A DNA stretch of 64,000 nucleotides, taken from assembly GCA_902826065.1 (NCBI GenBank), contig CADEDM010000002.1, forward strand, positions 2,829 to 66,828, read 5' to 3'. Under the pieces are notes generated by a model that worked only from the letters and a program-made list of their open reading frames with translations, made no database searches and had not been told where the DNA came from. This document shows positions 8,476 to 22,642 of the stretch, in pieces. Origin of the DNA: an uncultured Acidobacteriota bacterium. GTDB lineage: Bacteria > Acidobacteriota > Vicinamibacteria > Vicinamibacterales > UBA2999. How positions within the stretch are numbered: position 1 is the stretch's first letter; each line of letters begins with the position of its first letter. The position numbers and the translations under genes are program-made.

Positions 8476-11400
8476 ATGCGTACGTTGATCGATACCGCCT
8501 TGCGCCTGCGCGTGCCCGTCGTGGCCCTCGCCATCGTGCTGATGGTCGTGGGGATCCGTGCCGCCGCGAACGCGCCGTTCGACGTGTTCCCGGAGTTCGC
8601 CCCGCCGCTCGTCGAAATCCAGACGGAGGCCCCCGGCGTGTCCAGCGCCGACGTCGAGGCGCTCGTCAGCGTGCCGTTGGAAGCGGCCATGAACGGCGTG
8701 CCGCGACTGGACGTGCTGCGCTCCAAGTCGGTCCTCGGCCTGTCGTCAGTCGTCATGATCTTCGAGCCAGGCACCGACCGCATCGTCGCGCGCCAGCTCG
8801 TGCAGGAGCGTCTGGCTCGTGTCGCGCCGACGCTGCCGGTGGCGGCCCGCCCCCCGGTGATCCTCGCTCCGCTGTCGTCCCTCAGCCGTGTGATGAAGGT
8901 GGGCGTGTCGTCGTCGACCCTGTCGCAGGTCGAGCTGTCGACCCTGGCACGGTGGACGGTGCGGCCGCGCCTCATGGCCATCCCTGGCGTGGCCAACGTC
9001 GCGATCTGGGGCCAACGCGACCGGCAGCTGCAGGTGCTCGTTGACCCCGACCGGCTTCGCGCCAGCGGTGTCACCCTGCAGGAGGTGGTGACCTCAACTC
9101 GAGACGCCGTGTCGGTCACGGCCGGCGGATTTCTCGAGGGGCCCAACCAGCGCCTGGCGGTCTCCCATGCCCCTCTGGTGCGAACCGCCCACGACCTCGG
9201 GCTGATGGCGCTGTCGCCGCGGCCGGCGTTGCCTGGCGCCCCGCCGACGACGTCTGCGGTGCGGCGTCTTCGCGACGTCGCGGATGTCGTGGAGGGCTAC
9301 CCGCCGCCGATTGGTGATGGCGTCATCAACGGCGGGCCCGGTCTGCTGCTGATCGTCGAGAAGCAGCCAGACGGGAACACCCTGCAGGTGACACGGGACG
9401 TCGAGGCGGCGCTGCGGGCCCTGGCGCCGGCCCTCCCAGGCGTCGACGTGGACTCGACGATCTTCCGGCCGGCGACGTTCATCGAGATGTCGCTCGCCAA
9501 CCTGAATACCGCGCTCCTGATCGGCTGCGTCCTGGTCGTGGTCGTCCTCGCGATCTTCTTGTGGGACTGGCGCACCGCGGTGATCAGCCTCACCGCCATT
9601 CCGCTGTCGCTGGTGGCAGCGGCGGTCGTGCTCAGCCGCCTGGGCGGCACGCTGGACACCATGGTCATCGCCGGGCTGATCATCGCGCTCGGCGAAGTGG
9701 TGGACGACGCCATCATCGACGTCGAGAACATCGTCCGGCGGCTGCGGTTGAACCGGGGGAGTGACACGCCGCGATCGGCCTTCCTGGTCGTGCTCGATGC
9801 GTCACTCGAAGTGCGAAGCGCGGTGGTCTACGGCAGCCTGATCGTCGTCCTGGTGTTCTTGCCCGTGTTCTTCCTCGACGGCCTTGCCGGCTCGTTCTTC
9901 CGGCCGCTGGCGTTGGCCTACGTGCTGGCCATCGCCGCGTCCCTGCTGGTGGCGTTGATCGTGACGCCGGCACTCGCGCTGCTGATGCTGCCGGCATCGA
10001 CCCACGCGCACGAGGCGCCGTTCGTCTCGGCACTGAAGCGTTGGTACCGGCGCTGGCTGCCCGGGTTGATTGCCGCCCCCAAGCGCGCCCTGGGCGTGAT
10101 CGGGGTCATGCTCGCCGTCACTGCGGCCGCCTTTCCGTTCCTGGGCGAAGAGTTTCTGCCGCATTTCAAGGAGTACGACTTCCTGATGCACTGGGTGGAG
10201 AAACCCGGGACATCGCTCGATGCGATGCGGCGCATCACGCTGCGCGCCAGCGACGAACTGCGCGCCATCCCTGGCGTCAAGAACTTCGGGGCCCATATCG
10301 GGCGGGCGGAGGTCGCCGACGAAGTGGTTGGCATCAACTTCACCGAGCTGTGGATCAGCCTCGATCCAAACGTCGAGTACGACGAGACCGTCGCGACGGT
10401 GCAGGCCGTGGTGGATGGATACCCGGGCTTGCAGCGCGACCTGCTGACCTACCTCCGCGAGCGCATCAAGGAGGTCCTGACCGGAGCGAGCGCGACCATC
10501 GTGGTCCGCATCTTCGGACCCGACCTCGACGGGTTGCAGCGCAAGGCGGCGGAAGTGGGCAAGGTCGTCGGAAGCGTCAATGGTGCCGTGGACGTCAAGG
10601 TGCAGGCGCTGACCCTCGTGCCGCAGGTCGAGGTGGCGTACGACGCCGCCCGCGCACAAACCGTCGGGCTGGGGCCGTCGGTGGTCCGCGAGACGGTGGC
10701 GACGATGCTGCGCGGGACGAAGGTGGGTGAGGTCTTCGATGCGCAGCAGGTCTTCGACGTCACGGTGTGGGGAACACCGGAGGTGCGTCGTGACGTCTCC
10801 ACGCTCCGACGGCTGCCCATCGAACTGCCGGCCGGCGGCTACGCGCCGCTGTCGTCGGTGGCCGACGTGCGCATCGTGCCGACGCCGAACGAGATCACGC
10901 GCGAAGGCGGCTCGCGACGCATCGACGTGACGTGCAACGTGCGCGGCCGCGACCTCGGCGCCGTCGCGCGCGACATCCAGGCGGCTCTCGCGGCGGTGTC
11001 GTTCGACGCCGGCTATCACCCGGAGATCCTTGGCGAATACGCCGCGCGTGCCGCCTCGCAGCGGCGACTCGTGGCGCTGGGCGCGGTGTCGATGTTGTGC
11101 ATCCTGCTGGTGCTTCACGTCGACTTCGGATCGGCGCGGATGGTGGCGCTGGTGGCGCTGACGATACCGTTCGCCCTGATCGGCGGGGTGGCGAGTGTGT
11201 TCCTGACAGGTGGTGTCCTCTCGCTGGGCTCGCTCGTCGGGTTCGTCACCGTGCTGGGTATCGCGGCGAGAAACGGCATCATGCTCATCAGCCACTACCG
11301 GCATCTCGAGCGCGAGGAAGGCGTCGCGTTTGGTCCGGCACTGGTGATGCGAGGCGCCGAGGAACGGTTGGCTCCGATCCTCATGACCGCGCTCGTGACC

Positions 11401-11610
11401 GCCCTGGCCCTGGTGCCCATCGTGGTGGGCGGCGACCGGTCCGGTCATGAGATCGAGCATCCGATGGCGGTCGTGATCCTGGGCGGACTCGTCACGTCCA
11501 CGATCCTGAACGTGCTGCTCCTCCCCGCGATCTACTTGCGCTACGGCCGCGAGCAGGATCCCTGTCAGGCGATCGGTCAAGGGGACGCCCCTTCAGCGCG
11601 CACCAGGTAG
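8476..11610 (+). CDS. czcA: CusA/CzcA-family heavy-metal RND efflux pump
   Basis: 1044 aa with 12-TM RND topology. Conserved [20 protein letters not shown]. The family-typical N-terminus is [26 protein letters not shown]. Confidence 0.95.
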   Translation: MRTLIDTALRLRVPVVALAIVLMVVGIRAAANAPFDVFPEFAPPLVEIQTEAPGVSSADVEALVSVPLEAAMNGVPRLDVLRSKSVLGLSSVVMIFEPGTDRIVARQLVQERLARVAPTLPVAARPPVILAPLSSLSRVMKVGVSSSTLSQVELSTLARWTVRPRLMAIPGVANVAIWGQRDRQLQVLVDPDRLRASGVTLQEVVTSTRDAVSVTAGGFLEGPNQRLAVSHAPLVRTAHDLGLMALSPRPALPGAPPTTSAVRRLRDVADVVEGYPPPIGDGVINGGPGLLLIVEKQPDGNTLQVTRDVEAALRALAPALPGVDVDSTIFRPATFIEMSLANLNTALLIGCVLVVVVLAIFLWDWRTAVISLTAIPLSLVAAAVVLSRLGGTLDTMVIAGLIIALGEVVDDAIIDVENIVRRLRLNRGSDTPRSAFLVVLDASLEVRSAVVYGSLIVVLVFLPVFFLDGLAGSFFRPLALAYVLAIAASLLVALIVTPALALLMLPASTHAHEAPFVSALKRWYRRWLPGLIAAPKRALGVIGVMLAVTAAAFPFLGEEFLPHFKEYDFLMHWVEKPGTSLDAMRRITLRASDELRAIPGVKNFGAHIGRAEVADEVVGINFTELWISLDPNVEYDETVATVQAVVDGYPGLQRDLLTYLRERIKEVLTGASATIVVRIFGPDLDGLQRKAAEVGKVVGSVNGAVDVKVQALTLVPQVEVAYDAARAQTVGLGPSVVRETVATMLRGTKVGEVFDAQQVFDVTVWGTPEVRRDVSTLRRLPIELPAGGYAPLSSVADVRIVPTPNEITREGGSRRIDVTCNVRGRDLGAVARDIQAALAAVSFDAGYHPEILGEYAARAASQRRLVALGAVSMLCILLVLHVDFGSARMVALVALTIPFALIGGVASVFLTGGVLSLGSLVGFVTVLGIAARNGIMLISHYRHLEREEGVAFGPALVMRGAEERLAPILMTALVTALALVPIVVGGDRSGHEIEHPMAVVILGGLVTSTILNVLLLPAIYLRYGREQDPCQAIGQGDAPSARTR

Positions 11611-11663
11611 CGCCTTCCACGCGCACGCGTCGGGTCGCGGTAGGATGGCTGCAGGTTCCGCAG

Positions 11664-11855
11664 ATGCCTGTTCGCCCTTGCCCGCTGTGTCAACGGCAAT
11701 CGCCGCGGTGGCTCGAACGGGCCAGCGCGGAGGCGCCCGTGAACTACTACCGCTGTGACGGGTGTGGCTGCGTGTTCGCCATCGACAAGCAGGATGCTGA
11801 CGGGCCTGCCAACATCGTGACGCCGAGCCAGCCGCAGACGCGCTGGGACGGCTGA
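11664..11855 (+). CDS. Small zinc-ribbon protein (63 aa, CxxC...CxxC)
   Basis: The sequence MPVRPCPLCQRQS...YYRCDGCGCVFAIDK has two CxxC pairs about 24 residues apart. It has an ATG start and sits between czcA and the CHASE3 kinase. No homology call is possible by eye. Confidence 0.45.
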   Translation: MPVRPCPLCQRQSPRWLERASAEAPVNYYRCDGCGCVFAIDKQDADGPANIVTPSQPQTRWDG

Positions 11856-11921
11856 GGCTGTCGAGCGAGTCGCTCCGCGCGCACTCGCAGCCAACCGATC
11901 GGTCGCGCCTGCGCCATTGGC

Positions 11922-15388
<3,467 letters not shown>

Positions 15389-15404
<16 letters not shown>

Positions 15405-16240
15405 CCCGCCGGGAGCGGCCGTCCGAGTTCGACATCGAGCTGCAGCTGCTGCTCGATGCCATATTTCTCAAGTATCACTACGATTTCCGTGGCTACGCCC
15501 GCGCGTCGCTGAAGCGGCGGGTGACGGTCGCGTTGACGCGACTGGGCTGCGCGACGGTGTCGCAGCTCCAGGACCGCGTCCTGCGCGACGCGGCGCTCTT
15601 CCAGTCGCTCCTCGATCTGGTCACCGTTCCGGTGAGCGAGATGTTTCGCGACCCGGCGTATTTCCGGGCCATTCGCACCGATCTCGTGCCCGTACTGCGG
15701 ACCTACCCGTCACTGAAGGTGTGGGTGGCCGGGTGCAGCACCGGCGAGGAGGCCTATTCCCTCGCGATCCTGCTGCGCGAAGAAGGCCTGCTCGATCGCG
15801 CCTTGATCTACGCCACCGACATCAATCTCGCCAGCCTGGCGCGCGCCGAAGCCGGTGTCTACGAGGTCGACCGCCTCACGACGTTCACCGACAACCACCG
15901 CCAGTCCGGCGCACCGACGTCGTTGTCGGACTACTACACCGCGGCCTATGGACGGGCCGTGTTCGACCGTTCGCTGCGCGCCAACATCGTGTTCTCCGAC
16001 CACAGCCTGGCGACCGACAGCGTCTTCGCCGAGGTGCAGCTCGTCTCCTGCCGCAACGTGCTCATCTACTTCACCAGCCCGCTGCAGAATCGGGCGCTGG
16101 GCCTGTTCAGGGAGGCGCTCGTGCCTGGCGGCTTCCTCGGCCTCGGTGCCAAGGAGACGCTGCGGTTCTCCGCCCACGGTGACGCGTTCAGCGAGCGCCA
16201 CCGGACCGAGCGCCTCTACCAGAAGCGGATGACGGCATGA
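15389..16240 (+). CDS. cheR: CheR-type protein-glutamate O-methyltransferase
   Basis: The start is set to ATG 15389 (MDAEVARRERPSEFDIELQLLLDAIFLKYHYDFRGY). SAM-binding VWVAGCSTGEEAYSLAILL, plus CRNVLIYF. It overlaps the kinase stop by 16 nt. Confidence 0.9.
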
Positions 16241-16836
16241 GCCGAAGCGGAAGCCACGGCGCCGGCGTCGAGGCCATCGTCGTCGGCGCGTCGGCCGGCG
16301 GGATCGACGCGATGTCGATCGTCCTGCCGGCAATCTCCGAGGCCTTTGCCGGCGCCGTGTTCGCCGTGCTGCATCTTCCGCGTGAGCGGCCGAGCCTCCT
16401 GGTCGAGATCTTCGCGCCCAAGTGTCGGCTCGCCGTCCGGGAAGCCGAGGACAAGGAACCCATCGACGCGCGCACCATCTACTTCGCGCCGCCCGACTAC
16501 CACATGCTCGTGGACCGCGGCCCGGCGCTGGCGTTGTCGGCCGATCCCCCGGTGCACTTCTCGCGGCCGTCGATCGACGTCCTGTTCGAGTCTGCCGCCG
16601 ACGTCTACGGCCCCCGGCTGATGGGCGTCCTGCTGACGGGCGCCAACGAGGACGGCGCGGCCGGTCTCGAGGCGGTGCATCGCGCGGGCGGGGTGACCTG
16701 CGTGGAGGATCCGGCGACCGCGGCGGTGCCATTCATGGCCGCGGCCGCGCTGCGGCGCTGGCCGGGTCACCGCGTGCTGAGTCTGCCGGCGCTCGCGGAC
16801 TGGCTGTCGGCGGTCACGGCCGGCAACCCGGCGTGA
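16237..16836 (+). CDS. cheB: CheB-type protein-glutamate methylesterase, catalytic domain only (no receiver)
   Basis: Catalytic Ser motif VVGASAGG, His in AVLHLP, Asp in PSIDVLFESAA. ATGA overlap with the cheR stop. Confidence 0.9.
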   Translation: MSRSGSHGAGVEAIVVGASAGGIDAMSIVLPAISEAFAGAVFAVLHLPRERPSLLVEIFAPKCRLAVREAEDKEPIDARTIYFAPPDYHMLVDRGPALALSADPPVHFSRPSIDVLFESAADVYGPRLMGVLLTGANEDGAAGLEAVHRAGGVTCVEDPATAAVPFMAAAALRRWPGHRVLSLPALADWLSAVTAGNPA

Positions 16837-16856
16837 CACGGAGTGTGAGGTAAGGG

Positions 16857-17954
16857 ATGGCTGAGCGACTGACGTGCCTCCTCGTCGACGACCTCGAGGC
16901 CAATCTGATGGCGCTCGCGGCGGTGCTGCGCCGCGACGACATCGACATCGTGACCGCCAGGTCTGGACCGGAGGCCCTGGAGGCCCTGCTCGTCCACGAC
17001 GTCGCGCTGGCGTTGATCGACGTCCAGATGCCCGAGATGGACGGCTTCGAGCTGGCCGAGTTGATGCGGGGCAGCGAGCGGACGCGGCGCATTCCCATCA
17101 TCTTCGTGACGGCGGCCAGCCGCGAAGCCTCACGCGCGTTCAAGGGATACAGCGCCGGCGCCGTCGATTTCCTGTACAAGCCGATCGATCCGGTGATCCT
17201 GGAGAGCAAGGCAGCGGTGTTCTTCGAGCTGCACCGCCAGCGGCTGGTGCTGGCGGACGAGTTGCGTCAGCGCAACGAGACACTGCGCCTGAACGAGATG
17301 TTCACGGCCGTGCTCGGGCATGACCTCAGGAACCCGTTGAACGCCATCATGACCAGCGCCTATCTGATGCAGCGGCAGTCCGAGGACCCCGCGATTCGCG
17401 ACGGCGCGGCCCGCATCGTCGGGAGCAGCAAGCGGATGGCGCGGATGATCGAAGACCTCCTGGACCTCTCGCGCGCCAGGCTGGTGGGCGGCATCCCGCT
17501 GCAACGGTCGCCGGCGAACTTCGCCGCCGTCGCGGATCGCGTGATCCAGGAGACGCGGACCACCCATCCCGACCGCACGTTGAGCGTGACGGTGAGCGGC
17601 GAGATGATGGGGGAGTGGGACGTCGACCGCCTGCAGCAGCTGATGTCGAACCTGATTGGCAACGCCGTGCAGCACGGGCATCCGTCTGGTGACATCGCGG
17701 TGTCCGTCGATGGCACGGACAGCGACTACGTCGAGCTGACGGTCGTGAACCCCGGATCGATCGCGGCTGAGGCCCTGCCGTCCATTTTCGAGCCGTTCCA
17801 CGCGAGCCGCAACGAGGGCCTCGGCCTCGGCTTGTTCATCGCGCATCAGATCGCGCAGGCGCATCAGGGCACGATCGCGGCGGACTCGCGCGACGACCAC
17901 ACGGTGTTCCGCGTGCGCCTGCCGCGGCGTCGGACCGAACTGCTGATGCTCTGA
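16857..17954 (+). CDS. Response-regulator/histidine-kinase fusion (REC-HisKA-HATPase)
   Basis: CLLVDDLEANL, ALIDVQMPEMDG and VDFLYKP form the receiver. H box AVLGHDLRNPLNAI, N box NLIGNAVQHG, G2 GLGLGLFIA. RBS-like GAGGTAAGGG lies upstream. Confidence 0.9.
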   Translation: MAERLTCLLVDDLEANLMALAAVLRRDDIDIVTARSGPEALEALLVHDVALALIDVQMPEMDGFELAELMRGSERTRRIPIIFVTAASREASRAFKGYSAGAVDFLYKPIDPVILESKAAVFFELHRQRLVLADELRQRNETLRLNEMFTAVLGHDLRNPLNAIMTSAYLMQRQSEDPAIRDGAARIVGSSKRMARMIEDLLDLSRARLVGGIPLQRSPANFAAVADRVIQETRTTHPDRTLSVTVSGEMMGEWDVDRLQQLMSNLIGNAVQHGHPSGDIAVSVDGTDSDYVELTVVNPGSIAAEALPSIFEPFHASRNEGLGLGLFIAHQIAQAHQGTIAADSRDDHTVFRVRLPRRRTELLML

Positions 17955-18036
17955 GGCCGATGGCCCACGGCAGGGTGTCACCCTTCGTCCCGGGGCGTGC
18001 GCGGGGGAAACGTGTCCCCACGACTCGGCCGCCTCG

Positions 18037-19386
18037 CTAGCGCGATGCCATCAGGTGCCCGGCCACGGCGGCGAAGGCCGGGAGCGTCGCATCGAAGGAC
18101 GGGTTGACGGCGAGCGGCTGCGACGCGAAGCGCGCCACGACCATCTCTGCGGCCGGGTCGACATACACCGTCTGGCCGTGGATACCAATCGCCTGGAACA
18201 CCCCGTGCGGGTTGTTGTGGGCCCACCACTTGTTGCGGTAGCTCCAGCCCGGCCGACTCTTCATGCCGGCTTTGGCGAATTGCGCCCGGTCGCCGTTCTG
18301 CCGGATGTCGTCCACCACGGCTTTGGGGACGATCTGCCGGCCGTCGTAGCGGCCGTCGAGCCGCATCATCTCGCCGAAGCGGGCCATGTCGCGCAGCGTC
18401 AGGTTCAGTCCGGCGCCGGCGAACTCGGCGCTGCTCGAGTCGACGGTGAAGAAGCCGTCGTGCTCCATGCCCAGCCGCGACAGGATCCGCTCGCTGAGCA
18501 GGGCGCTGAGTGACTTGCCGCTGGCCCGCCGCATGATTGCGCCGAGCGTCTCGGTATTCACCGTCTTGTATGCGAACCCGTCGCCGTGTGGCTTCGACTT
18601 CGTGAGCGTCTTCAGGTAGTCGAGGAACGTCTCCGGCCCTTGATAGCCAGGCGGGCGCGCCAGGAAGCCGCCGGCCCGCGAATAGTCCCAGGCCGGCGAC
18701 TTCGGGTCGGCGTAGTTCTCGGTGTAGTCGAGCGCGGTCGTCATGTCGAGCAGCTGCCGCACCGTCGCGTCGGCGAGCGCGGAGCCCTCGAGCTCGGGCA
18801 GATAGCGGGTCACCGTGGCGCGCTCGTCGAGCGTGCCCTCCGCCACCAGCATCGCCGCCACCGTGCCGATGAACGACTTGGTCACCGACATCGCGATGTG
18901 TGGCTGGTCGGCCGTCAAGACGCCGAGATACCGTTCGTAGACGATGCGCCCGCGGTGGAGGATCAGGATCCCATCGGTGTAGTTGGCGTCGAGCGACTCG
19001 GCCCACGTCATCGTCCCGGCCCGCCCGACAGGCTGGAAAACGATGGCGTCGATGTCGGCGCGCGCGGCCAACGGCAATGTCGTCGCCGGCCGGTCGCCCC
19101 TGCTGACGGTGCTGGTCGGCATCAGCTGGCGGATGTGCGAGAACGACCAGCGCGTCTGGGGGAAGCGGAACCAACTGCTGTCGCTGAAGCGAACGAGCTT
19201 GTCGGCAGGCGGCGGCGAGCCGACCATCCAGCCCAAGGTGACCGGGTTGCTGTCGTGCCCGCTGAGGAACGCGGGCGGCGCGGCCGTTTGCGCGCTGAAC
19301 GGCGGCGCGATGAGGCCGCCGGTGACCAGAAATAGAGCGGCAGCGACAGGCATCGCCACGCGTCGTAACTGCGTCGGGGGAGTCAT
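18037..19386 (-). CDS. Exported serine hydrolase (beta-lactamase/transpeptidase-like family)
   Basis: Signal peptide (AAALFLVTGGLIAPPFSAQ). SxxK active-site motif in IAMSVTKSFIGT. The size and fold-typical sequence fit the family. Confidence 0.87.
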   Translation of the reverse strand: MTPPTQLRRVAMPVAAALFLVTGGLIAPPFSAQTAAPPAFLSGHDSNPVTLGWMVGSPPPADKLVRFSDSSWFRFPQTRWSFSHIRQLMPTSTVSRGDRPATTLPLAARADIDAIVFQPVGRAGTMTWAESLDANYTDGILILHRGRIVYERYLGVLTADQPHIAMSVTKSFIGTVAAMLVAEGTLDERATVTRYLPELEGSALADATVRQLLDMTTALDYTENYADPKSPAWDYSRAGGFLARPPGYQGPETFLDYLKTLTKSKPHGDGFAYKTVNTETLGAIMRRASGKSLSALLSERILSRLGMEHDGFFTVDSSSAEFAGAGLNLTLRDMARFGEMMRLDGRYDGRQIVPKAVVDDIRQNGDRAQFAKAGMKSRPGWSYRNKWWAHNNPHGVFQAIGIHGQTVYVDPAAEMVVARFASQPLAVNPSFDATLPAFAAVAGHLMASR

Positions 19387-19433
19387 TGGCGGCGAAGAAT
19401 ACCATGCCGCGCGCCCCGATCCTGCGCGGCCGC

Positions 19434-19468
19434 GAGGGCCTCCGCCTTGATTGCTGAGGCGGTCCCTC
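19434..19468 (-). terminator. GC-rich stem-loop downstream of the M20 peptidase gene
   Basis: GAGGGCCTCCGCC-ttgattgct-GAGGCGGTCCCTC is an imperfect inverted repeat. It lies in the 97-bp gap between the M20 stop and the serine hydrolase start. There is no U-tract. Confidence 0.3.
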
Positions 19469-19483
19469 GTTCGACGTCGCGGA

Positions 19484-20893
19484 CTACGGCGTCGTCTTCC
19501 CGCTCGTCAGCAGTCGCGTCAACTTGACCGTGAACTCCTGCGCGTCGAAGAAGCTCTTGACCGGCACGCGCTCGTCGCGCCCGTGCAGGCGCAGGTCGTC
19601 CGGGTCCACCATCAGGCCCGACACGCCGTAGGCCGGAATCCCCGCGCTGCGCCAGGGCACGGCATCGGTCGCGCCGCCCTGCATGATCTGAATCACGGGA
19701 ACCTGTCCCCACATCTCCTGCGTGATGCGCTCGACGGCCTTCAGCACGTCGGGCACCACCGCCGCCGCCGTACGTGGTTCGCGATTCGGCGGATTCGACA
19801 CTTCCAGCTCCGGATCGTCCAGCGCCTTGACGATCATCGCGCGCACGTCGCTGATGCGCGCGTCGGGCATCATGCGGCAGTTGATCCCGGCTTCTGCCGT
19901 TTGCGGCAGCGCGTTCGATGCATGCCCGCCCTTGAGCATCGTCGCGATGCAGGTGGTGCGCAGCATCGAGTTGTAGAGCGGATCCCTGGCCAGCACCGTC
20001 TCCGCCTCGACGTCCCTGGGGTTCTTGATGAGGGCGCGCATCGCCGCCGCGGTCCGCGGCGTCTCGATCTTCGCCGTCTGCTCGAAGTAGGCGCGCGACA
20101 CGTCGTTGAATTCCACCGGGAACTTGAACGCCGAGAGCTTCATCAGGCCGGCGGCCAGCTGGTAGATGGCGTTGTCGGGCCGTGGCAACGACGAATGCCC
20201 GCCGCGGTTCTTCGCCGTGACGGTGAAGCCGCCCGTGACCTTCTGGGTCGCCTCGATGGTGTTCGCCACCGGCTTGCCGTCCCTGAGGAAGCCGAACGCG
20301 CCCTCGTTCAGAACCAGCGACGCGTCGACCAGCTCGCGGTGGGTGCTGAACAGCCAGCGGGCGCCGTTGCAGCAGCCGCCCTCTTCATCGGCGGTGAAGG
20401 CGACGACGATGTCGCGGTCCGGCACGTAGCCGTCCTTCTTCATCTGCACCACGACGGCGGTGAAGATGGCGACCTGCGCCTTGTCGTCGATGACGCCGCG
20501 GCCGTAGAAGTAGCCGTCCTTCTCGAGGAACGTGAACGGGTCGAGGCCCGGCGACCAGTCGGCCTTCAGCGCCTCGACCACATCGAGGTGCGCCAGCAGC
20601 AACAACGGCTTGGGGCCGTTGGCCCCGCCCTTGCCACGGTAGCGGACGACGACGTTGTGCTTGTTCGGCTGGATGCCGCCGAGAAAGATGTCCTGGTCCG
20701 CGAAGCCCGCGTCCCTGAAGCGTCTGGCAACCGCGTTGGCGACCTCGGTCGTCCCGCCGCCGATGTTGACGCTGTTGTACTCGACGATCTCCTTGTACAC
20801 ATCGCGTGCGTACTGCTGCGCGGGAGAGAGCGTCTGGGCGTGCAGAGCACCGGCCGTGACGGCGAGGAACACGAGAGCGAGTGCGGTGTGCAT
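19484..20893 (-). CDS. Exported M20-family metallopeptidase
   Basis: The start is set to ATG 20893 (MHTALALVFLAVTAGALHAQ, signal peptide). Metal-binding motifs LLAHLDVV, GRGVIDDKAQV and FTADEEGG. Confidence 0.88.
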   Translation of the reverse strand: MHTALALVFLAVTAGALHAQTLSPAQQYARDVYKEIVEYNSVNIGGGTTEVANAVARRFRDAGFADQDIFLGGIQPNKHNVVVRYRGKGGANGPKPLLLLAHLDVVEALKADWSPGLDPFTFLEKDGYFYGRGVIDDKAQVAIFTAVVVQMKKDGYVPDRDIVVAFTADEEGGCCNGARWLFSTHRELVDASLVLNEGAFGFLRDGKPVANTIEATQKVTGGFTVTAKNRGGHSSLPRPDNAIYQLAAGLMKLSAFKFPVEFNDVSRAYFEQTAKIETPRTAAAMRALIKNPRDVEAETVLARDPLYNSMLRTTCIATMLKGGHASNALPQTAEAGINCRMMPDARISDVRAMIVKALDDPELEVSNPPNREPRTAAAVVPDVLKAVERITQEMWGQVPVIQIMQGGATDAVPWRSAGIPAYGVSGLMVDPDDLRLHGRDERVPVKSFFDAQEFTVKLTRLLTSGKTTP

Positions 20894-20989
20894 GTGAGGT
20901 CCCTTGACGCCGGCCTGACGCGGCCGGACGCGCCTCATCTTGAGCCGCGAGTCATTCCATGCGCAAGCCTCACGGCCACGTGGCCCTCA

Positions 20990-21014
20990 GATCGTGTGCC
21001 GAGCCAACACGATC
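20990..21014 (-). terminator. Stem-loop overlapping the stop codon of the HD-GYP regulator gene
   Basis: GATCGTGT-gccgagcca-ACACGATC forms a perfect 8-bp stem. Confidence 0.3.
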
Positions 21015-22560
21015 ACTCGGACGAAGGCCGCGGTGCCGGGCTCTGGCGGCCGGACCGGCTGAGCAGGTCACGGACCCGTACCCGCAGCTCATAGAGATCA
21101 ATCGGCTTCGCGATGTAGTCATCGGCGAGCTGCCGGGCGTCGGCCTCGCGGCTGCCCACCTCCATCCCGCTCATGAACATCACGGGGATCGCGGCGGTGG
21201 CGGCGTCGGCCTTCAGCGTGCGGCACACCGTCACGCCATCGGGCTCGGGGATGAGGATGTCGAGCAGCACCAGGTCGAAGCGCTGCGCGGCCGCGGCGGC
21301 AAGCGCCTCGCGTCCCGTGCTGGCCGTCTCGACGTCGTAGCCTTCGCCGGCGAGCAGCCGCTTGAGCAGCTTCACGTTGGCGGCATAGTCGTCGACGACG
21401 AGGATGCGCGTGACCGGCGCCGGCTGCGCGACCGAGGCGGCGATCGGCGCAGCGCCGATGCCGGATCCGTCGTCGAGCATCTGCAGGAATGCGGTGACGA
21501 CCGCGGGGTCGAGATGCGTGCCGGAGAGGGACGCCAGGTGCTCCCGGGTCCGCTCCGCCGTCCACGCCGCCCGGTAGGGGCGATCCGAGCGCAGCGCGTC
21601 CCAGATGTCGACGGCCGCGAAGATCCGCGCGGCGAGCGGGATGGCGTCGCCCGAGAGGCCGCGCGGATAGCCGGTCCCATCCCACTTCTCGTGGTGGCAA
21701 TACGGGATGTCCAGTGCGGGTCGGAGGTACTCGATCGGGGCGAGCAGCTGTTGCGCGAACACCGGGTGCTGCCGCATCACGTCCCACTCGTCGGGGCTGA
21801 GCGCCGCCGGCTTGTGCAGGATCGCATCGGGCACGCCCATCTTCCCGATGTCGTGCAGCAGCGCCCCGCGGCGGATGTGCACGATCTCGGCATCGGCCAC
21901 GCCCATGCGACCGGCCAGGCGGACGGTCAACTCGGTGACGCGACGGCTGTGGCCATCGGTCTCACGGTCGCGCAAGTCGAGGGCGTTCGACCAGCCTTCG
22001 ACGGTGGCCTCGTAGGCGTTGGCGAGCTCGAGCAAGGCCTGCTGTTCACGCTCGCGCACGGCGCGATCGGTCGCGTGTCGGGCGCGGCGCGCCTCGCTCT
22101 CTTTGAGGATCCGGTCGACGACCGGCCCCAGCCTGGCGAGGCGGTCGTTCGACAGGTAGTCGCTGGCGCCGGCCCGCATCGCGTGCACGGCGTGCTCTTC
22201 ACCGCGAGCACTCGACACGACCAGCAGCGGCAGGTCGCACTTCGCGCCGTGCAGGAGCGAGAGTGCCGCCAGCGCCCCGAAATCGGGCGCCACGACGTCG
22301 GCGATGATCAGGTCCCAGTAGTCGTTCGTGAGGCGCGTGCGCAGCGCATCGGCCGACGCGACGGTCGCGAAACGCGGCGCATATCCCCCGGCCCTCAGCT
22401 CACGCGTCAGCTGCGCTTGTATCGTCGACGCCACGCCGACCAGCAGGGCGCGCAACGGGCGGCCCTGCGCCGACTCTGCAGTCGCGGGCGGGCGAGGCTC
22501 GGCGTCAAAAGAATCGCGAACCGTCGCGCTGGCGAACTGCGTCGGACGACCGTCCTTCAT
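21013..22560 (-). CDS. Response regulator with intact HD-GYP domain (REC-like / HD-GYP / REC)
   Basis: HD-GYP motifs HSRRVTELTV, ALLHDIGKMGVPD and HHEKWDGTGYPRGL. The C-terminal receiver is canonical (ILVVDDYAANV, LVLLDILIPEPDG, DDYIAKP). The N-terminal receiver-like domain lacks the acidic pair (LLVGVAS) and the conserved Lys (DYLSND). Confidence 0.9.
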   Translation of the reverse strand: MKDGRPTQFASATVRDSFDAEPRPPATAESAQGRPLRALLVGVASTIQAQLTRELRAGGYAPRFATVASADALRTRLTNDYWDLIIADVVAPDFGALAALSLLHGAKCDLPLLVVSSARGEEHAVHAMRAGASDYLSNDRLARLGPVVDRILKESEARRARHATDRAVREREQQALLELANAYEATVEGWSNALDLRDRETDGHSRRVTELTVRLAGRMGVADAEIVHIRRGALLHDIGKMGVPDAILHKPAALSPDEWDVMRQHPVFAQQLLAPIEYLRPALDIPYCHHEKWDGTGYPRGLSGDAIPLAARIFAAVDIWDALRSDRPYRAAWTAERTREHLASLSGTHLDPAVVTAFLQMLDDGSGIGAAPIAASVAQPAPVTRILVVDDYAANVKLLKRLLAGEGYDVETASTGREALAAAAAQRFDLVLLDILIPEPDGVTVCRTLKADAATAAIPVMFMSGMEVGSREADARQLADDYIAKPIDLYELRVRVRDLLSRSGRQSPAPRPSSE

Positions 22561-22642
22561 TGCACACCTCGAACTTCGCCGGACCCTGCGCCCGGTACAT
22601 CGGCAATCCTCGCCAGCGCTTGAGCGACGGTGGCGATCTCCC

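Noticed and set aside
9802-11580. 592-aa antisense ORF inside czcA. Similar long antisense or off-frame ORFs occur at 6506-7732, 14103-15137, 15710-16732, 17978-19405, 19451-21094, 20959-22623, 22730-23947, 25332-26954, 27746-29515, 33691-35790, 36107-37546, 37887-39512, 43332-44744, 43402-44871, 45822-47141, 45863-47095, 47822-48997, 50905-52725, 54102-56615, 59526-61394 and 61367-62713.
   Set aside because: Each one lies opposite or out of frame to a gene with clear family motifs. Their translations are dominated by Arg, Gly, Pro, Ala, Asp and His runs with no domains. This is the expected consequence of stop-codon depletion at high GC.
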